From an uncultured Mailhella sp. (GTDB lineage Bacteria; Desulfobacterota; Desulfovibrionia; Desulfovibrionales; Desulfovibrionaceae): a stretch of 64,000 nucleotides of DNA. The position numbers and the translations under genes are program-made. Under the pieces are notes generated by a model. That model saw only the letters and a program-made list of their open reading frames with translations, was not told where the DNA came from and did not search any database. The DNA lies in assembly GCA_944323575.1 (NCBI GenBank), contig CALUTB010000002.1, positions 689 through 64,688 of the forward strand, in the 5' to 3' direction. Positions within the stretch are counted from its first letter, which is position 1. Each line of letters opens with the position of its first letter. Positions 1 to 9,633 of the stretch are shown here, one piece after another.

Positions 1-1213
1 TGAGCAGCAGGTAGTCGGCCTTGTCGGGATCAACGGCGAGCAGATGATCGGCCAGACGGGCGGCCCATGCCGCATCGTTCCGTTCAAGGGCGGTGCGGGC
101 GCTTTTCAGAAGAGCATCCTGCCCGCCGGCAAGGTCGATCATGCGCCGGGCTTCCTCAACATTGGTAAAGTCGGAATAGAGATGAAGCGGATTGCCGTCG
201 AACCAGCCGACATACTGGTTGAAGATGCTGCGGACGGTCCAGGCTACGTTGCCGCGGTATTCTCCGAGATATTCGAGACGAGCCAGATGTTCGGGAAGCC
301 TGACTTCCTCGACGAGCTGATCCGGCGTCTTGCCTTCGTTCATGCCGGCGATGGTTCGGTCATGGACATATTCCATGGCCTCTCTGTAGCGGCAGAGCAC
401 TTCATGCGTCTGTTCCATGCCGAGAAAAGGATCGGTATGACCCGGTATCAGCGCCTCGGAATTCAGTGCCGCGATGAGTTTCAGGCTGGAGCACCAGGAC
501 GGAATGTCGCGATTGCCCGCGCCGCGTACTGGATAGATATCGGGGAAGGAGCGGCAGAGAACATCGCCGCAGAAGAGCACCTTTTCTTCCGGAAACCATA
601 CGCTGAGGGCGTCGGCGGTTTCTCCGGGAGTGGACAGAAGCCACAGTTCCAGGCCGGCGATGGAAAGCAGCGTGCTTACGGTGTTGAAGAAATGGTCGGG
701 AGGAACGGCGCAGGTCTCATCCTCGTACACGGCGCTTCCGAAGGCGGAAATGCGTGCGGGAGCAATGCCGTTGCCGATGCGTTTTTCCGGAGGCAGAAGG
801 AAGCCTCCCTGACCAGCGTCCCGGTCTCTGAACAGAGGCATGAGTCCCGCATGCTCGAAGGATGAGGCTTCCGCGCCGAAGTTGGCCTTCGCCCAGATCT
901 CCGGCCGGGGGCTTTCCGCACAGAAGATCGGAGATCCTCCGGTATGGTCGCCGTGCCCGTGTGTGTAGATGACGGCCCTGATGGGATAGTCGGCGGCAGG
1001 GGCAACGGAGCGGAAGGCGGCCAGTGCCCGGGCGGCGCATTCCGGAAACATGCCTGTATCTATGATGACGATGCCGTCCTTTCCCTTGATCATCCCTATG
1101 TTCGAGACATCTTCACCGACGCAGACCCATGTATGCGCACTCGTTTGAACAAGATGCGGACGAAACGTGCCTGGACTTGCTTCCGGAGCAAGTGTGGCGG
1201 GACTTCTGGACAT
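1..1213 (-). CDS. Alkyl/aryl-sulfatase-like MBL-fold hydrolase. N-terminal ~400 aa only; the ORF runs off the left edge, so it is absent from the supplied ORF track.
   Basis: Manual minus-strand translation from ATG at 1213..1211 (GGAG 6 nt upstream): MSRSPATLAPEASPGTF..IIDTGMFPECA..VIYTHGHGDHTGG (HxHxDH metallo-beta-lactamase motif) ..STPGETADALSVWFPEEKVLFCGD..FNQYVGWFDGNPLHLY..AAWAARLADHLLAVDPD. The frame stays open to nt 1. Motif order matches SdsA1/YjcS-type alkyl sulfatases. No N-terminal signal peptide is evident. Confidence 0.7.
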   Translation of the reverse strand, partial: MSRSPATLAPEASPGTFRPHLVQTSAHTWVCVGEDVSNIGMIKGKDGIVIIDTGMFPECAARALAAFRSVAPAADYPIRAVIYTHGHGDHTGGSPIFCAESPRPEIWAKANFGAEASSFEHAGLMPLFRDRDAGQGGFLLPPEKRIGNGIAPARISAFGSAVYEDETCAVPPDHFFNTVSTLLSIAGLELWLLSTPGETADALSVWFPEEKVLFCGDVLCRSFPDIYPVRGAGNRDIPSWCSSLKLIAALNSEALIPGHTDPFLGMEQTHEVLCRYREAMEYVHDRTIAGMNEGKTPDQLVEEVRLPEHLARLEYLGEYRGNVAWTVRSIFNQYVGWFDGNPLHLYSDFTNVEEARRMIDLAGGQDALLKSARTALERNDAAWAARLADHLLAVDPDKADYLLL

Positions 1214-1613
1214 GCCGTTCTCCGAAAAAAAATGATAATTTATTGGCAATTAATTATTGACTTTAGTTCGTTGTCAAATTGAAAGTCAAGAAGAAAGATC
1301 AGTACGTTCCGTTGCGGAACAAGGGAAAGTGCGGAATATTTTCAGGAAGGAAAAGAAAGGGATATGTTTCGGTCAGGAAAAAACGGGGCGGAATATGCGG
1401 CAAGGCGTGTGAGCACCGGCCGGAAGGGACCGATTCCGCTTCCGCAGACGGCGGGACCATGCGCGGAGAATGCGTGCGTCGGCCTGCCGGAGAGCGGCCC
1501 GTGCCTGCCGTCATGAGGCAAAGGACGGTACGAGGAGGGAAGGGCGCGCATCATGCCTGTCCGGAGATGCGGAAGCGGTGGAAGCGACCGTCGCCGGGGG
1601 CGATCGGAAAATG

Positions 1614-3293
1614 TCAGATCTGCGTGACGATGGGTACGACGATGGGATCGCGGCCGAGCACGTCGCGGAAGAAGCGGCGCAGACTGGAGCGGATACGGTC
1701 GGACAGGCGGGAGGTGTCGTTGGGATTGGTGGATTCAAGCTGATCGAGCACAAGGCATTTGGCGTCTTCGAGCAGATGACTGTACTGCTGTTCGAACACA
1801 AAGCCGCGGGAGATCATTTCCGGTCCGTGCAGAACTTCGCCCGTTTCTTCGGCGATGACGAGGACCACGGCGACCAGACCTTCGCCGCCGAGGATGCGGC
1901 GTTCCTTGAGGACCATGCGTCCCACGTCGCCCACGCCCTTGCCGTCGACCATGACGGATTCCACGAATACCGGCTCTTCCATGCGGATGTCGTCGGGCGT
2001 GAAGGTGACGGGCTGTCCGTCTTCAAGGATGCGGATATGATCGCGGGCCACGCCGCATTCTTCGGCGAGAGCCGCGTGCAGCGCGAGATGACGGTACTCG
2101 CCGTGCACGGGAATGAAATATTCGGGCTGAACGGATCGGATGATGTCCTTCAGTTCTCCGCGGCAGGCGTGTCCCGTGGCGTGTACGGTCCGGTCGGGAT
2201 TGTGATAGACCTCGGCTCCGAGTCTGTAGATCTGATTGAGCACCTTGGATATGGCTCTGGCGTTTCCGGGGATGACTCGGGAGGACATGATGACGGTATC
2301 CCCCTCATGGAGGGAGAGCTGACGATGCTCGCCTCTGGCGATGCGGGCCAGAGCGGAAAGGGCTTCGCCCTGCGTGCCTGTGGCGAGAACCACGGTCTGT
2401 CCGGGATCAAGTTCGGGAAAACCGGCGGCTTCGTTGTAGAGATGCTTCGGCTGATCGAGAAGGCCGAGTTCCACGGCCTTTTCAATGTTGGTGGAGAGGC
2501 TGCGACCGCTTACCAGAACGGATCGGCCGTATTTTTCGGCCAGTTCGAGCACGGTGCGGATGCGGCGGATATGACTGGAGAAAAGGGCGATGATGATTCG
2601 TCCCCTCACCTCGGAGAAGATGGCGTCAAGGTCGTCGCGCACCTGTCTTTCCGGCAGAGAACGGCCCGGGTTCTCGACGTTGGTGGAGTCGGCAAGCAGA
2701 AGACGTATGCCCTTGACCTCTCCTTCCTGCGCAAACCGGGCGAAGTCTGAGAGAGGATTGCAGGCGTCTCCGTCGAGCGGAGCGGGGTCGAGCTTGAAGT
2801 CTCCGGTATGAAGGATCTTGCCTATGGGCGTTTCCACGGCGAGTGCGTAGCACTGGGGGATGGAGTGGTGGACCGGGAGGAAGTGAAAGACCAGATTGCC
2901 CAGCGTGACGGAGCTGTAGGCGGGCATGGAAACAAGTTCCACACGGTCGAGCAGGCCGTGTTCTCCGAGCTTGTGCTCCACGAGGGCCATGGTGAAGGGC
3001 GAGCCGTAGATGCGAATGCCCCGCAGGCTCTTGTACTGAAGCAGCAGCCACGGCAGCGCGCCGATATGATCTTCATGCCCGTGAGTGAGTATGATGCCCA
3101 GAACCTTTTCGCCTTCGGCGAACACGGACTCCAGCCTCGGGATGACGACGTCGACGCCAAGCAGGGCGTCGTCGGGAAACATCAGGCCGCAGTCTATCAG
3201 CACGACACCCTGGTCGGTCTGCCACTTCTGGCAGTTCATGCCGATTTCGCCGAGCCCCCCCAGAGGTGTGATGGTCAGATAAGGTTCAGACAT
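1614..3293 (-). CDS. rnj: Ribonuclease J
   Basis: 559-aa ORF starting MSEPYLTITPLGGLGEIGMNCQ, with the MBL/beta-CASP motif ILTHGHEDHIGALPWL and a length typical of RNase J. Confidence 0.9.
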   Translation of the reverse strand: MSEPYLTITPLGGLGEIGMNCQKWQTDQGVVLIDCGLMFPDDALLGVDVVIPRLESVFAEGEKVLGIILTHGHEDHIGALPWLLLQYKSLRGIRIYGSPFTMALVEHKLGEHGLLDRVELVSMPAYSSVTLGNLVFHFLPVHHSIPQCYALAVETPIGKILHTGDFKLDPAPLDGDACNPLSDFARFAQEGEVKGIRLLLADSTNVENPGRSLPERQVRDDLDAIFSEVRGRIIIALFSSHIRRIRTVLELAEKYGRSVLVSGRSLSTNIEKAVELGLLDQPKHLYNEAAGFPELDPGQTVVLATGTQGEALSALARIARGEHRQLSLHEGDTVIMSSRVIPGNARAISKVLNQIYRLGAEVYHNPDRTVHATGHACRGELKDIIRSVQPEYFIPVHGEYRHLALHAALAEECGVARDHIRILEDGQPVTFTPDDIRMEEPVFVESVMVDGKGVGDVGRMVLKERRILGGEGLVAVVLVIAEETGEVLHGPEMISRGFVFEQQYSHLLEDAKCLVLDQLESTNPNDTSRLSDRIRSSLRRFFRDVLGRDPIVVPIVTQI

Positions 3294-3418
3294 ATTCGAA
3301 AGATCCTCTGCTTCTTGTGATTACGAGTCAGTCTACCCCAGACGGAAGCACAGCACAAGCTCTTGTGCCGGAGCGTCGTATATATCATATGTATGGAAGA
3401 ACATATCGGGAGGTCATT

Positions 3419-3991
3419 GTGAACATTTTTGCCGTGCTTGCGATTGCGCTTGCGCTGTCCATGGACGCCTTTGCCGTTTCCGTGTCGGCCTCGGCGTCGA
3501 TCGGATCCGTCACATGGAAGCATTATGTCCGTCTGGCCGGTGCCTTCGGATTCTTTCAGTTTCTCATGCCCGTCATCGGCTGGGCACTCGGTGTGTCCGT
3601 ACGCAGCTACATAGAGGCATGGGATCACTGGATCGCCTTTGCCCTGCTTGCGCTTGTGGGAATCAATATGCTGCGCGAGGCCTTCGGCGGGGGCGAAGAA
3701 GAGGAAAAGTCGTCCGGAGATCCTTCCCGCGGGCTTCAGCTCTTCATGCTGGCCGTGGCCACCAGCATCGACGCCATGGCCGTGGGACTTTCCATGGCCG
3801 TGATCGGCGTGTCCGTATGGGGGCCGGCGATTCTCATCGGCCTGGTCTGCGCCGTCGTCACGGCGTCCGGAGTGAAGCTCGGCCATCTTCTGGGGCGATC
3901 CAACCTTCTCGGCAGCAAAATTTCGGTGCTCGGCGGGCTGGTGCTCATAGGCATCGGCGTGAAGATTCTTTTTGAGCACGGAGTGTGCTGA
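3419..3991 (+). CDS. mntP: Manganese efflux pump MntP
   Basis: The track ORF is 3317..3991. I prefer GTG at 3419, preceded by GGGAGG (3408-3413). N-terminus VNIFAVLAIALALSMDAFAVSVSA, with a second repeat ATSIDAMAVGLSMAV. It is a multi-TM protein with the two-repeat MntP architecture. Confidence 0.8.
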   Translation: MNIFAVLAIALALSMDAFAVSVSASASIGSVTWKHYVRLAGAFGFFQFLMPVIGWALGVSVRSYIEAWDHWIAFALLALVGINMLREAFGGGEEEEKSSGDPSRGLQLFMLAVATSIDAMAVGLSMAVIGVSVWGPAILIGLVCAVVTASGVKLGHLLGRSNLLGSKISVLGGLVLIGIGVKILFEHGVC

Positions 3992-4075
3992 GTCTGCCGC
4001 TTCGGAGGAAAATGTCCTTGACCGGGAGTGGATTCGGATACATATAATGAAGAAAAACACTTGCGGAGGCCTTTC

Positions 4076-4927
4076 ATGATTTCCCCTGTTCGCACAGAAC
4101 TGACGGTGACGGATAATGTCCCCTTCGGCCAGCCCGTGTCCGGCCCGGCGGGCATCTACCGTTTCTACGCGCTCACGCTCGAGCGGCCGGCGTGGAAAAG
4201 CTGGCGCCCCGGTCAGTTCATCATGTTGCGCCCCGTGCAGGACAGCGAAGGAACGACCTGGGCCCGTCCGCTATCCATCTGCCGGGTGACGTCGCAGAGT
4301 CTGGTGCTGTTCTTCCGTGTCATAGGCACGGGCAGCGATCGTCTTTCCCGTCTGAAGAGCGGCGACAAAGTCATCGTCTGGGGACCGCTCGGCACCAGCT
4401 TCGACATGCGGCCCGACACGCCGACACTGCTTCTTGCCCGCGGCGTGGGCATCGCGCCCTTTGCGGGATATGCGGATATGCATCCCGCTCCCGCCAGTCT
4501 CTTCATGCTGTTCGGACACGGTCTGCCGAGCAACAACTATCCCACCGACGCCATGGCCGCGCGCATGGAAATGGAGAATATGCGCGATCGTACGCCAGAG
4601 GAGCTTGAACATTTCCACAGCGTGGTCCGGGAGAAAATGCTGGAATACAAGGATCACGGCGGAATGTGCCTGGCCTGCGGTCCCATGCCCTTTTTGAAGC
4701 GGGTGTGGGAATGCGCTCTGGAACTGGATCTGCCCACGCAGCTTTCTCTGGAGGAACGCATGGCCTGCGGCACGGGGGCCTGCCTCGGCTGCACCACCGT
4801 CACTTCGAAGCACTGGCCCGATCCCGTGCGCGCGGGGCTTCCTGTGCAGACCTGTACCAGCGGACCGGTATTCTGGGCTTCCGACATTGATCTTCATGCC
4901 GTTCTGCCGGAAGAAAGGAGTCTGTAA
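4076..4927 (+). CDS. pyrK: Dihydroorotate dehydrogenase (class 1B) electron-transfer subunit
   Basis: The track ORF is 4028..4927. ATG at 4076 has GGAGG at 4065-4069. It shows an FAD/NAD-binding fold (WRPGQFIMLRP) and the C-terminal 2Fe-2S motif MACGTGACLGCT. Its stop overlaps the pyrD ATG by 1 nt (TAATG). Confidence 0.85.
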   Translation: MISPVRTELTVTDNVPFGQPVSGPAGIYRFYALTLERPAWKSWRPGQFIMLRPVQDSEGTTWARPLSICRVTSQSLVLFFRVIGTGSDRLSRLKSGDKVIVWGPLGTSFDMRPDTPTLLLARGVGIAPFAGYADMHPAPASLFMLFGHGLPSNNYPTDAMAARMEMENMRDRTPEELEHFHSVVREKMLEYKDHGGMCLACGPMPFLKRVWECALELDLPTQLSLEERMACGTGACLGCTTVTSKHWPDPVRAGLPVQTCTSGPVFWASDIDLHAVLPEERSL

Positions 4928-5844
4928 TGGATCTTCGCGTATCTCTTGTCGACGGGCGTCTTGAGCTGAAGAATCCCGTGCTCAGTGCGGCAGGCACGTT
5001 CGGAAGCGGTCTTGAATACCGTCCCTACGGCGACATCACCCAGCTTGGAGGCATTATCACCAACGGGCTTACACTGCGGCCCTGTGCCGGCGCGCCCATG
5101 CCGCGCGTGGCGGAAACGCCTTCCGGCATGCTGAGCGCCGTGGGCACGCAGAATGACGGGGCGGAACATTTCGTGAAGAACGTTCTGCCGGAACTGCCAT
5201 GGCAGGACGTGCCCGTCATACCCAATCTGAACGCCACCAACGTGGATGACTTCTCTGCGCTTGCCTCCGTGCTCGCCGGAGCCAGGGGCGTGGCGGCTCT
5301 GGAAGTGAATCTGTCCTGCAGAAATGATCACCGGTCGGGACAGCTGTTCTGTCAGAATCCGGTCACGGCCGCACGGGCCGTGAACGCCGTCAAGCGTGCC
5401 GCAGGTTCGAAACCTGTCATAGCCAAACTGTCTCCGCAGATCATGGACATCGTGGAAGTGGCCAAGGCCGTGGAAGCGGCCGGTGCGGACATCATTTCCT
5501 GCATGGGTACCGTGCAGGGGATGGCGGTGGACGTCGTGACGCGCAGACCCATGCTCGGCAGCGTGATCGGAGGTTTGTCCGGTCTGGCCGTCAAGCCTCT
5601 GGCGCTGCACTGCGTATGGCAGATCGCCCGGGTCGTGCAGGTGCCCGTCATAGGCGTCGGCGGCGTGTGTTCGGCGCGGGACGTACTGGAATTCATGCTG
5701 GCGGGTGCGCATGCCGTGGCCGTGGGCACGGCTAATTTCAGCGATCCCGACACGATCTTTCGCATCATCCGCGAGCTGCCCGTTCTCTGCGAACAGCTCG
5801 GCATCGACGATCTTCAGGCCTTTCGAGGGTCCCTGAAGACGTAG
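4927..5844 (+). CDS. pyrD: Dihydroorotate dehydrogenase catalytic subunit (class 1B)
   Basis: 305-aa ORF: MDLRVSLVDGRLELKNPVLSAAGTFGSG..., later GGLSGLAVKPLAL. It is coupled to pyrK. Confidence 0.9.
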   Translation: MDLRVSLVDGRLELKNPVLSAAGTFGSGLEYRPYGDITQLGGIITNGLTLRPCAGAPMPRVAETPSGMLSAVGTQNDGAEHFVKNVLPELPWQDVPVIPNLNATNVDDFSALASVLAGARGVAALEVNLSCRNDHRSGQLFCQNPVTAARAVNAVKRAAGSKPVIAKLSPQIMDIVEVAKAVEAAGADIISCMGTVQGMAVDVVTRRPMLGSVIGGLSGLAVKPLALHCVWQIARVVQVPVIGVGGVCSARDVLEFMLAGAHAVAVGTANFSDPDTIFRIIRELPVLCEQLGIDDLQAFRGSLKT

Positions 5845-5887
5845 TTCGGCCCAGAAAGGCGTCCGCACATCGTGCCCGCCTGAAAAA

Positions 5888-5922
5888 AAGAGGGAGAGGG
5901 CCGAAAGGCTCCCTCCCTCTTG
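5888..5922. terminator. Imperfect GC-rich hairpin between convergent pyrD and alr (possible bidirectional terminator)
   Basis: AAGAGGGAGAGGGCC-gaaa-GGCTCCCTCCCTCTT, preceded by an A-run and lying between two convergent stops. Confidence 0.5.
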
Positions 5923-5968
5923 TCATGCCTGTTCCGGCAATGTCCGACAGACGGACCGCCATGCATGG

Positions 5969-7084
5969 TCAGTCTCTGCGGTTTTTTCCCAGCAGGCAGG
6001 TCACTTCATAGGGAATGGTGCCCCACCAGTCGGCAAGCTCCTGTGCGGAAACGGCGTTTCCTGGACCGCCGAGAATGTGGACGACATCGCCCGGAGCCGG
6101 GGGGCAAGGAAGATCGGTCAGGTCCACGCAGGTCATCTGCATGGCCACGCGGCCGATGACCGGAACGCGTGTGCCGTTTATGCACATGCAGGTTCCCGGA
6201 GCGGGATTGCGCCGGTAGCCGTCGGCATAGCCGATGGCCACCCAGCCGACGAGTCTTTCGGAGTCCGCCGTGTAGGTGCGGCCGTAGCTCAGGCTTTCCC
6301 CTTTATGGAGAGGATGGACGCTGATCAGGGGTGCGGAGACTTCCATGACCGGCAGAAGTTCTCCGCAGACGCCCGCATGGGTGGTGCCGAAAAGAGGATC
6401 GCAGCCGTACAGGGCAATGCCGGGGCGGCAGATGTCGTCTTCATGCGTGAAACCTTCCGCAAGGCCCGCCGTGTTGCCGAGGGAGCAGCGCATGCCGGGA
6501 AAGCGCCGGTGCAAGATGTCTGCCGCGCGGTAGAAGGTATCGCACTGCTGACGGGTATAGGCACTTTCTGCGGGATCGTCGGCCACGGAAAGATGCGAGA
6601 TCTGCACGAGAGGGGAGAGTCCCGGATGTTCTGCAAGAAAGTCGGACACCTTTTTCATGTCGGAGAGCGGAAATCCGAGACGTCCCATGCCGGTTTCCAC
6701 CTTGACGGCGATGTCGAGCGTCCGCCCGGGAAAAACCTTCATGGCCTCACCGACGGCGATGAGTCCCTCCCGGTTGTGAATGAGGGGCGAGAGGCGCATC
6801 TGCAGTGCGAGGCGAACGTCGTTTTCGTCGGGAACGCGGCTGAGAAGCGCGACGATGTGTCCGGAAAAGCCGCTGCTTCGCACGAGGGAGGCTTCCTGCA
6901 GCGTGCCTGCCGCTGCCCAGCCCGTGCCGGCCTGTTCCAGAACGGCGGCGGCCTTTTCCACGCCGTGCCCGTAGGCATCCGCCTTGATGACGGGCATGAG
7001 CGTATGGCCCTTCCGCATCAGCATATCGAGATTGCGGCGGAAATGATCCCAGTGTATGCGTACCTGACATGAGGACTCTGTCAT
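5969..7084 (-). CDS. alr: Alanine racemase
   Basis: 371-aa ORF with the PLP-lysine motif VIKADAYGHG and a C-terminal beta domain (YGRTYTA..GRVAMQM). Confidence 0.9.
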   Translation of the reverse strand: MTESSCQVRIHWDHFRRNLDMLMRKGHTLMPVIKADAYGHGVEKAAAVLEQAGTGWAAAGTLQEASLVRSSGFSGHIVALLSRVPDENDVRLALQMRLSPLIHNREGLIAVGEAMKVFPGRTLDIAVKVETGMGRLGFPLSDMKKVSDFLAEHPGLSPLVQISHLSVADDPAESAYTRQQCDTFYRAADILHRRFPGMRCSLGNTAGLAEGFTHEDDICRPGIALYGCDPLFGTTHAGVCGELLPVMEVSAPLISVHPLHKGESLSYGRTYTADSERLVGWVAIGYADGYRRNPAPGTCMCINGTRVPVIGRVAMQMTCVDLTDLPCPPAPGDVVHILGGPGNAVSAQELADWWGTIPYEVTCLLGKNRRD

Positions 7085-7270
7085 GAATGGCTCCCGATTC
7101 GAGGCGTTCGGCGTTAAGCCCCGTTCGGGGGCTTTTTTTCGCTCTCGTTGTATGCTATGAAATCAGCTTCCGGATGAAAGGAAGCGTCGACATGACCGGC
7201 GCAGTTCTTTTCCCGTACTCCGTTTCTGCCTCTACCGCCTCTTTTCCTGTCTTGCAACCCGGAATATGCC

Positions 7271-9625
7271 GTGTTTTTTTCTTCTGCTTCCATTTCATCG
7301 TTGTGGCGCACGACTGTGGCCGCCTTCACGGCGCTGGTCTGTCTTTTTTGCTTCGCGCTGCCGTCCTCTGCCGAAGAGGGACAGAAGTCGCTGACCACCG
7401 GCGGCGACGCTCCCTGGACGCTCAATGCCGACAGCGTGGTGAGTCTTGATGACGGCGTCATCGTCGAAGCTTCCGGCAACGTTCTGCTTCAGCGCGGCGA
7501 GGATTATCTCAAGGCCGACTTTGCCCGCTATTATACCACGACAAACTGGATTTTCATTCAGGGCAACGTGGAAGCCAGAATGGGAAGGGACATGCTGAAC
7601 GCCGCCGAGGCGGAGTTCGATCTTACCTCCCGTACCGGCTGGTTGAAGGACGGTTCCATCTTCATCGCCGGCCCGCATATGTACGTGACCGGTGAGAAGG
7701 TCGACAAGCTTTTCGGTGACCGTTACCGCTTTCGGGATGCCAGGGTGACGGCCTGCGACGGCGAAGTGCCGGCGTGGTCTCTGGCAGCGGACGAGGCGGA
7801 AATCGAAATAGACGGTTATGCCACACTCCGGCACACCACGCTCAACATTCTCGACACGCCTCTCTTCGACGCTCCCTATCTGGTGCTGCCCGCCAAGACC
7901 ACGCGCCAGTCCGGCCTGCTCATGCCCGATTTCGGCTACAGCAGCCTGAACGGCGTCTTCTTTTCCCAGCCGTACTTTCACGTCATCGACGAGAGCCGTG
8001 ATCTGACCTTCTACGGCACCTATATGAGCAAGGCCGGCTTCATGCCCGGCATCGAGTACCGCTCGCATACCCGTGATCAGGAAAAGACCTGGCTGGCCTT
8101 CGACGCCCTGTACGACAAGCATACCTTCCGTTCGGACGCCTCCGATCCCGTCAACGACACCGACGGAAAGATCAATACCAACGAGGAGCGCTACTGGCTG
8201 CGCGGCATGGGCGACGGCTTTCTCGGCGACTCCGGATGGCGCTACCGCTACAATCTCGACTATGCGTCCGATCAGAACTTTCTCCGTCAGTTCCGCGACA
8301 TGCGCACCGGCTTCGACAGCACCCGCGACGCGCTCTACGGTATGTTCGGCCGCGATCTGCCGGAAGTGGACAAGAATCGTGTGAGCGAGGGCTATCTCTA
8401 TCAGAACTGGGATCGCTTCATGGTGTCCGCAGGATTCCGGTACGAGCAGGATCCTTCCTTCGGACACGGCAATCTGCCGCACAGCGAGGACACCACGGTG
8501 CAGCGTCTTCCCGTGAGCGTATACCTCTTCAAGGGCAGCCTCATGGAAGGTCTGCCTCTGGAACTTCAGGGCGAGGTGTCGAGTACCTATGAATATCGTG
8601 CCAAGGGCGTGCGCGGCCTGCGTACGGAAATCCATCCCGAACTGAGTCTGCCTCTGAGCCTGCCCGGAGCTTCCCTGCTGGTGAGCGGCGGCGTGCGGCA
8701 GACCTACTACAACAGCAATCACGTGCCCTTCAACGACGATCAGCGCTGGACGCGCGGCGGCGGCACCAAGGACCGCTTCATTCCCGATGTGAGCGCCACG
8801 GCCTTTACGCAGTTCTCCCGCGTGTGGGACATGCCTGAAAAGCATCTGGATGCCGTGGCGGAAAATGTGGGCAGAAGCAGCTGGACCGGCATCCGGCACA
8901 GAGTGCAGCCCCGTCTGACCTACGAATGGACGCCGGACAGGGATCAGTCCGACAACCCCATTTTCGAGGAGGACGACCGTCTCAAGCCTTCCCAGCGTGT
9001 GCGTCTTTCCGTGACCAACATCATCACGGCGCGGCAGGATACCGTATCCGGCGCAAAGGGCATCTACAGAACCACGGAGTCCTATTTTGATCCCGTGCGC
9101 TGGGAAATCTCCACCGGTTACGACATCGACGAAGCCGGTCGTACCGATTTTCGCGAAATCTACGAGCGCAAGCCCATCATGGACACCTATTCCCATCTGG
9201 AATTTCGTCCGGCGAACTGGCTCAGTCTGTGGAATCGTCTCTACGTTTCCATGTACGGCGACGGCATCACCCGCAGCGATACCGGCGCCACCATCTCCAA
9301 CGCCCGCTGGGGTGCCTGGAGCGTGGCCTACAGTACCCGCAATGAGTACTACAACTATCTTGACGAGATGAAGCGCGACAATCTGAACGACATCAACTTC
9401 ACCGACAAACGGCGTCTTCTCACCAACTCCATCACCTTCCGTCCCACGAGCAGCATATCCTTCAACTACTATACGCAGGACAACATAGAAACCGGCAAGA
9501 ATTATGAACGCCGCTTCACCATCGGCTACTATCATCAGTGCTTCCACATTCTCGGATCCGTACAGAGCAAGGCCAGAGATGATTCCTACCGACTCATTCT
9601 GGAACTGCCCGGATTGAATTTCTGA
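7271..9625 (+). CDS. lptD: LPS-assembly outer-membrane protein LptD (OstA family)
   Basis: 784-aa ORF with a signal peptide (..CFALPSSA/EEG), an OstA-like N-terminal domain (ASGNVLLQRGEDYLKADFARYY..GNVEARMG) and a long beta-barrel-like, Tyr/Asp/Gly-rich C-terminus. The start codon (GTG 7271) is uncertain. Confidence 0.8.
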   Translation: MFFSSASISSLWRTTVAAFTALVCLFCFALPSSAEEGQKSLTTGGDAPWTLNADSVVSLDDGVIVEASGNVLLQRGEDYLKADFARYYTTTNWIFIQGNVEARMGRDMLNAAEAEFDLTSRTGWLKDGSIFIAGPHMYVTGEKVDKLFGDRYRFRDARVTACDGEVPAWSLAADEAEIEIDGYATLRHTTLNILDTPLFDAPYLVLPAKTTRQSGLLMPDFGYSSLNGVFFSQPYFHVIDESRDLTFYGTYMSKAGFMPGIEYRSHTRDQEKTWLAFDALYDKHTFRSDASDPVNDTDGKINTNEERYWLRGMGDGFLGDSGWRYRYNLDYASDQNFLRQFRDMRTGFDSTRDALYGMFGRDLPEVDKNRVSEGYLYQNWDRFMVSAGFRYEQDPSFGHGNLPHSEDTTVQRLPVSVYLFKGSLMEGLPLELQGEVSSTYEYRAKGVRGLRTEIHPELSLPLSLPGASLLVSGGVRQTYYNSNHVPFNDDQRWTRGGGTKDRFIPDVSATAFTQFSRVWDMPEKHLDAVAENVGRSSWTGIRHRVQPRLTYEWTPDRDQSDNPIFEEDDRLKPSQRVRLSVTNIITARQDTVSGAKGIYRTTESYFDPVRWEISTGYDIDEAGRTDFREIYERKPIMDTYSHLEFRPANWLSLWNRLYVSMYGDGITRSDTGATISNARWGAWSVAYSTRNEYYNYLDEMKRDNLNDINFTDKRRLLTNSITFRPTSSISFNYYTQDNIETGKNYERRFTIGYYHQCFHILGSVQSKARDDSYRLILELPGLNF

Positions 9626-9633
9626 GGTCTGTC

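Noticed and set aside
44-865. The 273-aa plus-strand ORF at the left edge, the longest listed ORF in that region.
   Set aside because: It is antisense to the unlisted minus-strand alkyl-sulfatase-like ORF, which has an HxHxDH motif, an RBS and family-typical motifs throughout. The plus-strand translation has none.
3294-3418. A possible yybP-ykoY manganese riboswitch upstream of mntP.
   Set aside because: The 125-nt spacer shared with the divergent rnj start lacks the conserved GGGGAGUAG-type 5' element and the matching 3' element that I would expect on the plus strand. Without a covariance-model scan, I see no support.
7295-9547. Very long antisense ORFs mirroring real genes. Examples: 7295..9547 (750 aa, opposite lptD), 1470..2750, 20771..22420, 26087..27607, 30124..31998, 31721..33769, 37481..39241, 39471..40757, 41564..42916, 42964..44457 and 51736..54039.
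   Set aside because: Their translations are Gly/Ala/Arg/His-rich with no recognisable motifs. The opposite strand in each case encodes a full-length, motif-bearing member of a known family. Long stop-free antisense frames are expected at this GC content.
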